DNA from: an uncultured Methylomirabilota bacterium
Lineage (GTDB): Bacteria; Methylomirabilota; Methylomirabilia; Methylomirabilales; 2-02-FULL-66-22
Assembly (NCBI GenBank): GCA_963705305.1
Contig: OY970067.1
Coordinates: 2,880,001 to 2,944,000 of the forward strand
Length of the DNA stretch: 64,000 nucleotides
Reading direction: 5' to 3'
The position numbers were made by a program, and so were the translations under genes. The notes under the pieces are model-generated. The model was not told the origin of the DNA and made no database searches. It saw only the letters and a program-made list of their open reading frames with translations. Positions 18,012-28,920 of this stretch are shown piece after piece (the stretch's first letter is position 1; each line of letters begins with the position of its first letter).

Positions 18012-19400
18012 ATGAGCAGCCTGGAGTTTCAGGGAAAGCGGGTGACGGTGGTGGGGCTGGCGCGAAGCGGGTATGCCGCGTGCGCGCTGTTGGCGGACCG
18101 CGGAGCCAGCGTGCTGGCCACGGACCGCTTTCCGCGCGAGCGGCTGCGCGGGGATCTGGAGGCGCTGGAGCGGCGAGGGGTGCGGATCGAGACGGGGGGC
18201 CACCGGCCCGAGTCCTTCCTGGAGGCGGATCTGATCGTGGTCAGCCCGGGCGTGGAGGCGAATCTGCCCCTGCTGCGGCAGGCCCAGCGGCGCGGCATCC
18301 CGATCTGGGGTGAGGTGGAGCTGGCCTACCGGATCACACCGGCCCGTTTCCTGGGGGTGACCGGGACGAACGGGAAGAGCACCACGGTGAGCCTGCTGGG
18401 GGCGATGCTCCAGGCCGGACACATCCCCTCGCTGGTGGCGGGCAACATCGGCACGGCGCTCTGCCAGGTCATCGCCGATCTCAGTCCCTCTCACTGGGTG
18501 GTGGCGGAGCTCTCCAGCTTCCAGCTGGAGACGATCGTCGCCTTCCGGCCCCACGTGTCTGTCCTGCTGAACCTGGCCCCGGATCACCTGGATCGGTATC
18601 CGGATGTCGGCAGCTACTACACCGCCAAGGCGCGCATCTTCATGCAGCAGGGGGCCGAGGACTTCGCGGTGCTCAACGCCGACGATCCGCTGGTGCTGGA
18701 GTACGCGCGGGGGAGCCGGGCGCGCCCTCTCTTGTTCAGCCGCACCCGGACGGTGGGGGACGGGGCCTTCGTTCGGGACGGCCGCGTGGTGCTGCGGCGA
18801 GAGGGCCGGACCCAGGAGGTGTGCCCCGCCGCCGACATCCGCATCCAGGGGCCGCACAACCTGGAGAACAGCCTCGCCGCCGCCGCCGCCGCGGCGGCCA
18901 TCGGGACGCCGGCGGACGCCATCGCCGCAGCCCTGCGCAGCTTTCCCGGGCTCCCCCACCGGCTGGAGCTGGTGGCCGAGGTGGACGGGGTCCGATACAT
19001 CAACGACTCCAAGGGAACGAATGTGGGGGCGGTCCTGAAATCGCTGGAGGGGTTCTCCCACGGCGTGATCCTGATCGCCGGGGGCAAGGACAAGGGGGGA
19101 GATTTCGCGCCCCTGCGGCCGCTGGTCCAGAGCCGGGTGAAGACCGCGCTGCTCTTGGGGCAGGCCCGGACGACGATTCGCGCCCAGCTGGCGGGGGCCT
19201 GCCCGATGGAGGAGGTGGCCACGCTGCCGGCGGCGGTCGAGCGCGCCGGTGCCATTGCCGCCCCCGGAGACACCGTGCTGCTGTCCCCGGCCTGTGCCAG
19301 CTTCGACATGTTTCGCGACTTCGAGGAGCGGGGCGAGGTGTTCCGGCAAGCCGTGCGCGACCTCGAGGCGGCAAGGAGATCCCGTGGACGCCGCCGCTGA
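18012..19400 (+). CDS. murD: UDP-MurNAc-L-Ala:D-Glu ligase
   Basis: VGLARSG, GTNGKST, ELSSFQL, DHLDR, NDSKGTN, LSPACASFD. Confidence 0.97.
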   Translation: MSSLEFQGKRVTVVGLARSGYAACALLADRGASVLATDRFPRERLRGDLEALERRGVRIETGGHRPESFLEADLIVVSPGVEANLPLLRQAQRRGIPIWGEVELAYRITPARFLGVTGTNGKSTTVSLLGAMLQAGHIPSLVAGNIGTALCQVIADLSPSHWVVAELSSFQLETIVAFRPHVSVLLNLAPDHLDRYPDVGSYYTAKARIFMQQGAEDFAVLNADDPLVLEYARGSRARPLLFSRTRTVGDGAFVRDGRVVLRREGRTQEVCPAADIRIQGPHNLENSLAAAAAAAAIGTPADAIAAALRSFPGLPHRLELVAEVDGVRYINDSKGTNVGAVLKSLEGFSHGVILIAGGKDKGGDFAPLRPLVQSRVKTALLLGQARTTIRAQLAGACPMEEVATLPAAVERAGAIAAPGDTVLLSPACASFDMFRDFEERGEVFRQAVRDLEAARRSRGRRR

Positions 19401-20589
19401 GCGATGGTCCGGGACGGCTCCCCCCCCGGCGCCGCCGGCGGCAGGGGCCCAGGCCGCACGCGGCTGGCGGGCGCTCCTGCCCGCGCGCAGCACCGCCGCG
19501 GGCCAGTCGAGGGCGGACCGGCTGCTCTTGCTGGTGACCCTGCTCCTGGTGGGGTTCGGGATCGTGATGGTCTACAGCGCCAGCGCCATCCGGGCCCAGG
19601 ACCGGTTCCACGACCCGGCCTTCTTCCTGAAGAAGCAGCTGGTCTGGGCGGTCCTCGGCCTGCTGGTCATGGCCTGGGCGATGGAGCGGGATCTGCAAAA
19701 GCTTCAGCGCCGGACAGCGCTCTTTTTCCTGGGGAGCCTGTTCTGCCTGCTACTGGTCCTGGTGCCGGGGGTGGGCGTCCGGGTGAACGGGGCCACCCGT
19801 TGGATCCGGCTCTTCGGGCTGTCCTTCCAGCCGGCCGAGTTCGCCAAGGTGGCCCTGATCCTCTTCCTGGCCAGCTACTTCTCGCGCCGGCAGGATCGCC
19901 TGGACAGCTTCCTGGACGGCTTCCTTCCGCCGCTCATGCTCACGGCTCTGGTGGCGGCGTTGATCATCCTGCAGCCCAACTTCGGGACCGCCTCCGTCCT
20001 CCTGGTGGTTGCCGGCATTCTGTTCTTCGTGGGCGGGGCGCGGATCAGCCACCTGATCCTGACGGCCGCCGCCGCCGTCCCCGCCCTGCTGGTCTTGATG
20101 CTCCGCTCGCCGCACGGACGGGCGCGGCTGCTGGCCAAGCTGTATCCGGCCACGGCCTCGGTCAAGGCCACCTACCAGCTGGACCAGTCGTTCAACGCCC
20201 TGGGGCCGGGCGGATGGCTGGGGCGCGGCCTGGGCAACAGCATGCAGAAGCTGTTCTTCCTTCCGGAGCCGCACACCGACTTCATTTTTGCCATCGTGGG
20301 TGAGGAGCTGGGGTTCATCGGGGCCATGTTCCTGGTCCTGCTGTTCGCGGTGTTCCTGTGGCGCGGGACCCGGACGGCGCTGCGGGCCGGCGATCCCTTC
20401 GCCAGCAACCTGGCCGTCGGGATCACCAGCCTAGTGGTTGGGCAGGCAGCGCTGAACATGGCCGTGGTGAGCGGCCTGCTTCCCACGACGGGAGTGCCGC
20501 TGCCGTTCGTGAGCTTCGGCGGCTCCTCCCTGGTCTTCATGCTCTTCGGGGTGGGGCTGCTGTTGAATATCTCGCGCCGCTCGACGTGA
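19384..20589 (+). CDS. ftsW: SEDS peptidoglycan polymerase FtsW
   Basis: NGATRWI, FQPAEFAK, LPEPHTDFIF, EELG, LPFVSFGGSS. Confidence 0.96.
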   Translation: MDAAAERWSGTAPPPAPPAAGAQAARGWRALLPARSTAAGQSRADRLLLLVTLLLVGFGIVMVYSASAIRAQDRFHDPAFFLKKQLVWAVLGLLVMAWAMERDLQKLQRRTALFFLGSLFCLLLVLVPGVGVRVNGATRWIRLFGLSFQPAEFAKVALILFLASYFSRRQDRLDSFLDGFLPPLMLTALVAALIILQPNFGTASVLLVVAGILFFVGGARISHLILTAAAAVPALLVLMLRSPHGRARLLAKLYPATASVKATYQLDQSFNALGPGGWLGRGLGNSMQKLFFLPEPHTDFIFAIVGEELGFIGAMFLVLLFAVFLWRGTRTALRAGDPFASNLAVGITSLVVGQAALNMAVVSGLLPTTGVPLPFVSFGGSSLVFMLFGVGLLLNISRRST

Positions 20590-21752
20590 GCGGCGCGGGG
20601 ACGCTCTGCGAAGGACCCCCGGGTCCTGGAAAGGCGGGCAGGCCGGTGCGGGTGGTGATCGCGGGGGGCGGAACGGGCGGCCATCTCTTCCCGGCCCTGG
20701 CGGTGCGGGAGGCGCTGGTCAAGCGGCAGCCGGACGCCCAGGCGCTCTTCGTGGGGGCGACGCGCGGAGTGGAGGGAGCCATCTTGGGCCGATTGGGGCT
20801 GCCCTTTCGCGGTCTGGAGGTCTCACGGATCAGCGGGGCGGGGCTCTCCGGGCAGACCCGGACGGTCGTCCAGCTCCCCTGGCTGGTCCGGCACGCCGCC
20901 CGGATCCTCCAGGAGTTTGCGCCCCAGGTGGTCCTGGGGGTCGGCGGGTATGCTTCGGTCCCGACGGTTGTGGCCGCACGGCTCCGGAGGACTTCTGTCG
21001 TGCTGCACGAGCAGAACGCCATTCCTGGCCTCGCCAACCGATGGTTGGGACGCCTGGCTGCGATGGTGGCGGTCTCTTTTCCCGCCACCGCGCGCTTCTT
21101 CCCGGTCGGACGCGTGGCGGTGACGGGGAATCCGGTCCGGGCCGAGATCCGGCCGGGGGATGCGCGGGACGCGCGCGCCCGGCTGGGCCTGTCGCCGGAT
21201 CGCCTGACCGTCCTTATCTTCGGAGGCAGCCAGGGCGCGCGCCGCCTCAACGCCAGCCTGCTGGAGGCGTTGCCGCGGCTGGCCGCCGAGGCGGCACGCA
21301 TCCAGTTCGTCCACGCCACGGGCGAGCGGGATCTGGCCGAGGTGCGGGCTGCCTATCGCGCACACGGGCTGCGTGCCTGCGCCGAGCCCTTCTTCGACGA
21401 CATGGCCACCGCCTATCGGGCTGCGGATTTTGCGATCTGCCGGGCGGGGGCCGGCACCATCTTCGAGTTGGCGGCCATGGGAAAACCGGCCCTCTTGGTG
21501 CCCTATCCCTATGCGGCCAACGACCACCAGCGGCTGAATGCCGAGGCCATGGTGACGGCGGGGGCGGCCTGGACGCTGCCCGACGATTTCTGCGACGGGC
21601 CGCGGATTGCCGCCACACTGGAGGCGGCGCTGGAAAAGCCGGATCTGCTCCGCTGCATGGGGGAGCAGGCGCGATCCCTGGCGCGGCCGGATGCCGCGGA
21701 TCGGATTGTGGATCTGCTGGAGCGAGCGGCGGGGCGGCTAGCAGGCTGCTGA
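20586..21752 (+). CDS. murG: Lipid II GlcNAc transferase
   Basis: GGGTGGH, GGY, HEQN, GNPVR, GGSQGA, HQRLNA; start could also be 20646; stop lies inside the MITE end. Confidence 0.96.
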   Translation: MSGAGTLCEGPPGPGKAGRPVRVVIAGGGTGGHLFPALAVREALVKRQPDAQALFVGATRGVEGAILGRLGLPFRGLEVSRISGAGLSGQTRTVVQLPWLVRHAARILQEFAPQVVLGVGGYASVPTVVAARLRRTSVVLHEQNAIPGLANRWLGRLAAMVAVSFPATARFFPVGRVAVTGNPVRAEIRPGDARDARARLGLSPDRLTVLIFGGSQGARRLNASLLEALPRLAAEAARIQFVHATGERDLAEVRAAYRAHGLRACAEPFFDDMATAYRAADFAICRAGAGTIFELAAMGKPALLVPYPYAANDHQRLNAEAMVTAGAAWTLPDDFCDGPRIAATLEAALEKPDLLRCMGEQARSLARPDAADRIVDLLERAAGRLAGC

Positions 21753-21938
21753 AAAAGGCCCATCTGCGGACACCCAGCTTTTGGCCGGGTACCCGCGCGC
21801 TCGCGCGGCGCTGCGGCGTACGAGGGAAGTACGCCTCGCACCGGCACCCATCCTCCGGATGGGTACCCGGCGCGCCGCCTTGCATCTGGACCTTTTTGAA
21901 CCGCCTGGGCGAAAACAGGTATTTCAGCAGCCTGCTAG
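21738..21938. mobile_element. MITE-like element with 13-bp TIRs (CAGGCTGCTGAAA) flanked by CTAG
   Basis: ctagCAGGCTGCTGAAA...TTTCAGCAGCCTGctag; related copy at 59775-59935; no transposase. Confidence 0.85.
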
Positions 21939-21965
21939 GCGCCTGCGGGGTTACGGGGAGCGGAC

Positions 21966-23345
21966 GTGTTCAAGAAGATCCGCCACATTCATTTCGTCGG
22001 CATCGGCGGCGTCGGAATGAGCGGCATCGCCGAGGTGCTGCACAACCTGGGCTACGGTGTGTCCGGATCGGACAGCCGGGAGTCCGACACCACCCGGCAC
22101 CTGTCGGCCCTGGGGATCCGTGTGGCCGTCGGGCACGCGGCGCAGAACGTGCAGGGGGCCGACGTGGTGGTTCGCTCGTCGGCGGTGGGCCAGGACAATG
22201 TGGAGTTGACGACGGCGCGCCAGGGGCTCATTCCCGTGATCCAGCGGGCGGAGATGCTGGCAGAGCTCATGCGGATGAAGTACGGAGTGGCCGTGGCCGG
22301 GACGCACGGCAAGACCACTACCACGTCCATGGTGGCGACGGTCCTGGCCCGGGGCGGGCTGGACCCGACCATGGTGATCGGGGGTCGGCTGAACGCCCTG
22401 GGGAGCAACGCCAAGCTGGGGCGGGGGGATTTCCTGGTGGCCGAGGCGGACGAGAGCGACGGGTCCTTCCTGAAGCTCACCCCCACCATCGCCGTGGTCA
22501 CTACCATCGACGCCGAGCACCTGGACTACTACCGGGACCTGACGCACATCCGGGACACCTTCGTGGAGTTCATCAACAAGGTGCCCTTCTACGGGCTGGC
22601 GGTCCTGTGCCTGGATCAGGAGAACATCCAGGAGATCCTGCCGCGGGTGGAGAAGCGGTTCGTCACCTACGGCCTGCGCACCCAGGCGGATTTTTTGGCC
22701 CGGGACATCGGGCTCTCGGGCATGACCTCCGAGTTCGAAGTCGTCTGGAAGCAGCAGCCCTTGGGTCGCCTGCGTCTCCGGGTCCCGGGACTGCACAATA
22801 TCTACAATGCCCTGGCGGCCGTGGCCGTAGGCCTGGACCTGGAGGTGAACTTCGCCACCATCCGCGACGCCCTGGGCGAGTTCAGCGGAGTGGACCGGCG
22901 GTTCCAGGTTCGGGGAGAGGTCGGCGGGATCACGGTGGTGGACGACTACGCCCACCATCCGGTGGAGATCCAGGCCACCCTGAATGCGGCCAAGGACGGC
23001 TTCGGCCGGAATGTCATCGCCGTCTTTCAGCCCCATCGCTACACCCGGACCCGGGCGCTGCTCCGCGAGTTCGTCCGGGCCTTCTACCAGGCCGATTGCC
23101 TGTTCGTGACCGAGATCTACCCGGCGGGTGAGCCGCCCATCCCTGGGGTGAGCGGCCAGCAGGTTGCCGAGGGGGTGGCGGGGCACGGCCACAAGAACGT
23201 CAGCTACGTGCCGCGCAAGGAGGATCTGGCGGAGGCGGTGCTGGCGATCGCGCGACCCGGTGATCTGGTGATCACGCTGGGTGCGGGCGATATCTGGAAA
23301 ACGGGGGACGAGATCGTGCGCCGCCTGAGGGCCGGGAGTGCCTGA
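21966..23345 (+). CDS. murC: UDP-MurNAc:L-Ala ligase
   Basis: [41 protein letters not shown]. Confidence 0.98.
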   Translation: MFKKIRHIHFVGIGGVGMSGIAEVLHNLGYGVSGSDSRESDTTRHLSALGIRVAVGHAAQNVQGADVVVRSSAVGQDNVELTTARQGLIPVIQRAEMLAELMRMKYGVAVAGTHGKTTTTSMVATVLARGGLDPTMVIGGRLNALGSNAKLGRGDFLVAEADESDGSFLKLTPTIAVVTTIDAEHLDYYRDLTHIRDTFVEFINKVPFYGLAVLCLDQENIQEILPRVEKRFVTYGLRTQADFLARDIGLSGMTSEFEVVWKQQPLGRLRLRVPGLHNIYNALAAVAVGLDLEVNFATIRDALGEFSGVDRRFQVRGEVGGITVVDDYAHHPVEIQATLNAAKDGFGRNVIAVFQPHRYTRTRALLREFVRAFYQADCLFVTEIYPAGEPPIPGVSGQQVAEGVAGHGHKNVSYVPRKEDLAEAVLAIARPGDLVITLGAGDIWKTGDEIVRRLRAGSA

Positions 23346-23349
23346 GCCC

Positions 23350-24261
23350 ATGCCGATCGCGAGTGCGGGGCTGGCAGAGCGATTGCGGGAGCAGGTGCGC
23401 GGGCTGGTCGCAGCCAACGCGCCGCTGGCCCGCCACACCACCTTCCGCATCGGCGGGCCGGCGGACCTCTTGGTGGAGCCCCTGGATCGAGCCGACCTCA
23501 AGGCTGCCCTGGCCTTTGCCCGACGGGAGGGGCTGGCCGTCCGCGTGCTCGGGGGCGGGAGCAACGTGCTGGTCCGGGACGGCGGAATGCGCGCCCTGGT
23601 GGTCCGGCTGACCTCCTTCCAGGAGCTTGCGCATGCCGGCTCGGAGGTCACGGCCGGGGCCGGCGTGCGCGTCAGCCGGCTGCTGGCCTACTGCGTCAAG
23701 CACGGCCTGGCGGGGCTGGAGCTGTTGAGCGGCGTGCCGGGCACGGTGGGCGGGGCCGTGTGGGGCAACGCCGGGGCGTGGGGAGGCTCGGTGGCGGACC
23801 GGCTCGCCCGGGTGGAGCTGGTCCTGGCCGAGGGGGATGACCTGAGCCTTCCTCGCCAGGCCATCCCGTACCGGTACCGTGCCTCCGGTCTGCCGGCGGG
23901 ATCGGTGGTCGTTCAAGCCGCCTTTGGACTGGAGGCGGGCGTGCCGTCGGCCATTCGTCGGCGGATCTCCGGCTATCTGGTGCAGCGGAACGCCCGCCAG
24001 CCGGTGGAGTTTCGCTCGGCGGGCTCGATCTTCAAGAACCCGCCCGGCGATTTCGCGGGTCGTTTGGTCGAGGCGGCCGGCCTGCGGGGAACGCGCATCG
24101 GCGGCGCCATGATCTCTGAGAAGCATGGCAACTATATCGTGAATCTCGGCGGCGCCACGGCCACAGACGTGCTGGCGCTGGCGGCGCTGGCCCAGGAGCG
24201 CGTGCGGGCGAACACGGGGGTGTCGCTGGAGCTGGAGATTCGGGTGATGGGGGAGGAGTGA
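23350..24261 (+). CDS. murB: UDP-N-acetylenolpyruvoylglucosamine reductase
   Basis: HTTFRIGGPA, GGGSNVL, NAGA, SAGSIFKNP, KHGNYIVN. Confidence 0.96.
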   Translation: MPIASAGLAERLREQVRGLVAANAPLARHTTFRIGGPADLLVEPLDRADLKAALAFARREGLAVRVLGGGSNVLVRDGGMRALVVRLTSFQELAHAGSEVTAGAGVRVSRLLAYCVKHGLAGLELLSGVPGTVGGAVWGNAGAWGGSVADRLARVELVLAEGDDLSLPRQAIPYRYRASGLPAGSVVVQAAFGLEAGVPSAIRRRISGYLVQRNARQPVEFRSAGSIFKNPPGDFAGRLVEAAGLRGTRIGGAMISEKHGNYIVNLGGATATDVLALAALAQERVRANTGVSLELEIRVMGEE

Positions 24262-24265
24262 CGGG

Positions 24266-24344
24266 CGCAGAGGCGCAGGGGTGCGGGGGAGCCGGGGAGC
24301 CGGAGAACGCAGAGGAGCAGGGGAGCCGGGGAGCGGGGGAGAGG
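24266..24344 (+). repeat. Purine-rich degenerate octamer tandem repeat (GGAGCNGG-like)
   Basis: gcgcagag gcgcaggg gtgcgggg gagccggg gagccgga ... ggagcagg ggagccgg ggagcggg between murB and ftsQ. Confidence 0.55.
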
Positions 24345-24397
24345 AATACCTTGGAACGTGAAGGCGGGGTGACGAACCCGGGAAGGGCCAGAGCAGC

Positions 24398-25204
24398 GTG
24401 ATTCAGGACTATCACCGAAAGTCAATCGGCCACGGCGGGCAGCGGCGCGAGTCGCTTTCCCGGCTGGCGCGCCTCTGCCGGATCGTCTTGGTGCTGACGA
24501 TCGTGGGCGGGGTGAGCGTGGGGCTCTGGCAAGGCTACCGGCGCCTGCTCACCCTGCCCTATTTCCGGGTGACCGAGGTTCGAGTTGAGGGCAATCTCCA
24601 GGTTGCCAGCGACGATATCGTCGCGAGCCTCGGTCTCACGCCCGAGACCAGCATCCTCACGCTGGACCTACCGTCTCTCACCCGGCGGGTCCTGAAGAAT
24701 CCCTGGATCAAAGAGGCCTCGATCCAGCGCCAGCTGCCGCTGGCGTTGACGGTCCGGGTGGTGGAGCGGGTGCCGGAAGCCGTGTTCATCGCCGACCGCA
24801 GGTACCTCCTGAGCGCCGACGGCGTGATCCTGGCCGCGCTGGAGGACGGCGATCTGCCGACGTTGCCGACCCTGCGCGCGGGCAGCCAGCACCAGGTCGC
24901 TGTGGGCGACCATGTCCTCAGCTCCGAGATGGCGCAGGGGTTGTCGGTCTGGCGGCAGTTCCAGCTGGCGAACGCCATCCAGGGAGAGCAGGCGCACGAG
25001 ATCGTCATGGCGGGGGACGGGAGTTATGTCGTGAACCTGGGGCCGGACATGCCGGTCATCCGCCTGCGCGCCCAGGATCTGCAGGAGCAACTCCGCCGCC
25101 TGGGCGCGGCGCTGGTGGCCGGCGGCCAGCCGCTGACCCGCTTTCGCGACGTGGACCTTCGCTTCCAGGACCGCGTCGTCTTCACTCCGGTAGGAGGAGG
25201 GTGA
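24398..25204 (+). CDS. ftsQ: Cell division protein FtsQ/DivIB
   Basis: TM plus POTRA (NPWIKEASIQRQLP...VVER), C-terminal DLRF. Confidence 0.92.
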   Translation: MIQDYHRKSIGHGGQRRESLSRLARLCRIVLVLTIVGGVSVGLWQGYRRLLTLPYFRVTEVRVEGNLQVASDDIVASLGLTPETSILTLDLPSLTRRVLKNPWIKEASIQRQLPLALTVRVVERVPEAVFIADRRYLLSADGVILAALEDGDLPTLPTLRAGSQHQVAVGDHVLSSEMAQGLSVWRQFQLANAIQGEQAHEIVMAGDGSYVVNLGPDMPVIRLRAQDLQEQLRRLGAALVAGGQPLTRFRDVDLRFQDRVVFTPVGGG

Positions 25205-26447
25205 AATCGGTGGCCAAGGATAGCAACCTGGTGGTGGGGCTGGACATCGGGACGACCAAGGTCTGCGCCATCGTCGCGGAGGCCGGCGCAGACGGCGCGG
25301 TGGACATCATCGGGGTCGGCCAGAGCCCCTCCCGCGGCCTGCGCAAGGGGGTTGTGGTCAACATCGACGCGACGGTGGACTCCGTGCGTCGCGCCGTCGA
25401 GGACGCCGAGCTGATGGCCGGCGCGGAGATTCGCTCCGTCTTCGTGGGGATCGCCGGCGGCCATATCAAGGGGATCAACAGCCGCGGAGTCATCGCCATC
25501 TCGGGGAAGAATCGGGAGGTCGCCCGCCAGGACATCGAGCGGGTGATCGATGCGGCCAAGGCGGTGGCGCTCCCGGTGGACCGCGAGGTGATCCACATTC
25601 TTCCACAAGAGTTCATCATCGACGACCAGGCGGGCATCAAAGAGCCGTTGGGGATGACCGGGATCCGGCTGGAGGCGGAGGTGCACATCGTGACCGGGGC
25701 GGTGGCCTCGGCACAGAACATCATCAAGTGCTGCAACAAGGCCGGCCTGGAAGTGCAGGACATCGTCCTCCAGCAGTTGGCCAGCTCCGAAGCTACTCTA
25801 ACGTCCGAGGAGAAGGATCTGGGCTGCATCCTGGTGGACGTGGGTGGCGGCACGACCGACGTGGCGGTGTTCGTGGACGGAAGCATCTACCACACCGCCG
25901 TGCTGGCGGTGGGGGGGATACCCTCACCAACGACATCGCCATCGGCCTGCGAACGCCGCGGCCCGAAGCGGAATCCATCAAGCGGAAGTACGGCTGCGCC
26001 CTGGCCTCCATGGTCCGGCCGGACGAGAAGATCGAAGTTCCCAGCGTGGGGGGCCGCCGTCCCCGGGTCTTGGCCCGGCAAACCCTGTGCGAGATCGTCC
26101 AGCCGCGCCTGGACGAGGTGTTCAGCATGGTGCACCGGGAGGTGCACCGGGCAGGGTACGCAGGACGGGTGACCGGCGGGGTGGTGGTGACGGGCGGCTC
26201 GTCCATCATGGAGGGGGTTCCCGAGCTGGCCGAGCAGATCTTCGATATTCCGGTGCGCCGGGGCATTCCCCGCGGGGTGGGCGGCCTCACCGATGTCATC
26301 AACAACCCCATGTACGCCACCGGCGTGGGGCTGGGGATCTACGGCGCGGCACATCGCAGCCGGCGAAAGTTCCGCAAGGTCACGGACCGCAACATCTTCG
26401 ACAAGGTGATTGACCGGATGAAGGAATGGTTCGGGGAGATCTTCTAG
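25201..26447 (+). CDS. ftsA: Cell division protein FtsA (frameshift in a G7 run at 25911-25917; one extra G restores 415 aa)
   Basis: GLDIGTTK, DVGGGTTD; second frame continues GGDTLTNDIAIGLRT...VTGGSS...YATGVGL. Confidence 0.95.
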
Positions 26448-26494
26448 GCAAGGGCGGCCGGCCGGCCGGCGGCGCCCCAGAAAGGGGAAGGCGT

Positions 26495-27670
26495 ATGGCG
26501 ATCAGTCTGGAGATGGAGGCGGAGAAGATGGCCAATATCAAGGTGATCGGCATCGGCGGCGGCGGTTCGAACGCCGTGGGCCGCATGACGGCCTCCAACA
26601 TGTCGGGAGTGGAGTTCGTTGTGGTCAACACCGACGCGCAGGCCCTCCGACACTCCCCCGTGGATCGGAAGCTGCAGATCGGCGAGAAGCTCACCAAGGG
26701 GCTGGGGGCGGGCGCCGACCCCGAGAAGGGGCGCAAGGCCGCCATCGAGGACACCGACAAGGTCCTGCAGTACCTGCAGGGGGCCGACATGGTGTTCCTC
26801 ACGGCCGGCCTGGGTGGCGGCACCGGCGGCGGGGCCGCCCCCATCATCGCCAACCTGGCCAAGGAGATGGAGATCCTCACCGTCGGCGTGGTCACCAAGC
26901 CCTTCCTGTTCGAGGGGAAGCGACGTCTGGATCAGGCCGAGCGATGCCTGGAGGAACTCAAGGCCAACGTGGATAGCCTCATCATCATCCCCAACCAGCG
27001 GCTGATCAGCCATGCCAGCAAGAACACCGGGGTGCGAGAGGCTTACGCCATGGCGGACACCGTCCTGCGGCAGGCGGTGCAGGGCATTGCCGACATCATC
27101 GTGAAGCCCGGCTACATCAACGTGGACTTCGCCGATGTTCGCGCCGTCATGTCGGAACGGGGCTTGGCCATGATGGGGATCGGCGAGGCCGCCGGGGAAG
27201 AGGCGGCCGTCGAGGCGGTCCAGAAGGCGATCAACAGCCCGCTGCTGGAGAACGTCTCCATCAAGGGGGCCCGCGGCGTGCTGCTGAATTTCGCCCATGC
27301 CGCCAGCATGCCGATCTACCAGCTGAACGAGGCGTCCAAGATTGTGCACGACCTGGTGGATCGGGAGGCCAACATCATCTTCGGCGATGTCCTCGAGGAC
27401 GAGATGGCCGAGGTGGTGCGCGTCACGGTCATCGCCACCGGGTTCAGCGAGGCGGAGAATGCGCCCGTGGAGGAGGTGCTGGTCGCAACGCCCGCGGTCA
27501 CGGATCTTCGGACTTACGTTCCCAAGGCCGCGCCCCCCCCGCCGACCCCCGCGGATCGCGGCAGTTATCTGCGCAGGGGGAAGAAGGTCGTCGGGGGACA
27601 GCTGGCCCTGGAGGATCTGACCGAGGAGGTGCTGGATATCCCGACATTTCTCCGACGGCAGGCCGACTGA
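26495..27670 (+). CDS. ftsZ: Cell division GTPase FtsZ
   Basis: IGIGGGGSNAV, NTDAQAL, GLGAGA, GGGTGGG, INVDFADV, C-terminal LDIPTFLRRQAD. Confidence 0.98.
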   Translation: MAISLEMEAEKMANIKVIGIGGGGSNAVGRMTASNMSGVEFVVVNTDAQALRHSPVDRKLQIGEKLTKGLGAGADPEKGRKAAIEDTDKVLQYLQGADMVFLTAGLGGGTGGGAAPIIANLAKEMEILTVGVVTKPFLFEGKRRLDQAERCLEELKANVDSLIIIPNQRLISHASKNTGVREAYAMADTVLRQAVQGIADIIVKPGYINVDFADVRAVMSERGLAMMGIGEAAGEEAAVEAVQKAINSPLLENVSIKGARGVLLNFAHAASMPIYQLNEASKIVHDLVDREANIIFGDVLEDEMAEVVRVTVIATGFSEAENAPVEEVLVATPAVTDLRTYVPKAAPPPPTPADRGSYLRRGKKVVGGQLALEDLTEEVLDIPTFLRRQAD

Positions 27671-27849
27671 CGCGGCAGCCGTGGTCTCCGACGGCAAACT
27701 GAGTCGCGCGGCGGCCGGAGGGGTGGCGGGCGCGGCGGCAGGCTACATCTATAACGGGATTCGGAAGGAGTCGACTCCGTAGCGACGGCCACCCGGCTCC
27801 CGGAGACGCGTCGTGCTTCGCGCTCCGGGGGGCGTGGGCCGGCCCGGCC

Positions 27850-28633
27850 TCAGGAGGAGAGGTTGGTGGATCCATTCGCCGCGTCCCCGCCCTCTCGACT
27901 CGCCGGCGGCGCGTCGTCGGTCTGGGCGGCCCGGGGGGATCGCACGGTGGGAGGGCTGAAGCCGACCACGGAGCCCGCCCGCACCCGGACCAGATAGGGT
28001 GAGAGGGTGGTCCCGGGCAGCGTGCGGACGCCGTCCTCGATCTTGATGGGTCCGATGCCGGTCCCCGCGCCGATGATGCAGTGTGCCCCGATTTCCACCA
28101 GGCCGTAGCGGAAGCGGCCCGCGCCTTCGTAGGCGTGCACGGTGACACGGGAGAAGGCGCCGATCAGCGTGTTGTCGCCGATCCAGATGAGATCGGGGCG
28201 GAAGTGGTCCAGCCACACCAACTGCATGATCTCCACATTCCTGCCGATGTGCGCCCCCATCCAGCGGTAGAGCCCGTTCTTCAGCGATCTTCCCCTCATC
28301 ACCAAGGAGATGGCGACCTGGAACCCGACGAGCACTCTGCGCCAGAGGGGAAGGTTCAGCGACCGCCAGTTGATGGCGGCGGGTTCATCCGGGGCGCCGA
28401 GGCCGGAGAACGTGTAGTGGCGGTGGAGGGGCGTGAGAAAGGCGTTCAGGTTGCGGCGTCCCTCCGGCGTGCGCGGATCGAGGGTGGCGACGTTCGACCC
28501 CCTTTCCCCCGGAGGTCTTGCTGAGGTAGACCGGTCTCCCCTTCTTGCGGGCCATCCGGATGGCGCGGAGGATCATCTCCTCGGTGGCGGCCCGCATGGC
28601 CTCGTGGGGAGTCTGGGGCCTGTGATGCCTCAT
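27850..28633 (-). CDS. Left-handed beta-helix (hexapeptide) acyltransferase-like protein, split by a +1 frameshift at 28489-28495 (260 aa when corrected)
   Basis: MGAHIGRNV, IWIGDNTLIG, VEIGAHCIIGAG repeats; removing one base fuses ORFs 28385-28633 and 27850-28335 into one open frame. Confidence 0.75.
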
Positions 28634-28920
28634 GGGTCCGTGTGGCCGATCCCGGCCCCCGCCCCCAGTGGGGGCAGAGGGTCGCAGGGAGAGTGGATCG
28701 AAAATAGTATCGTGGCGGCCTTCGGGTCAAGCGGTATCCGCGATGGATGCGGAGGGGGAGGCAACAGGCCGGCTGCGACGCGGGCGGAAAGCCGCTCCGC
28801 CGCCGATCCGTCGAGGCGCTTGCGGACCAGGACTGAGGATAAACTCCTTGAAGGGTCCTGGTTACACTGGTAGCATGCCGCTACGCTGCGGCGGGGCGAA
28901 TCTCCGCCGCGAGGAAGGGC

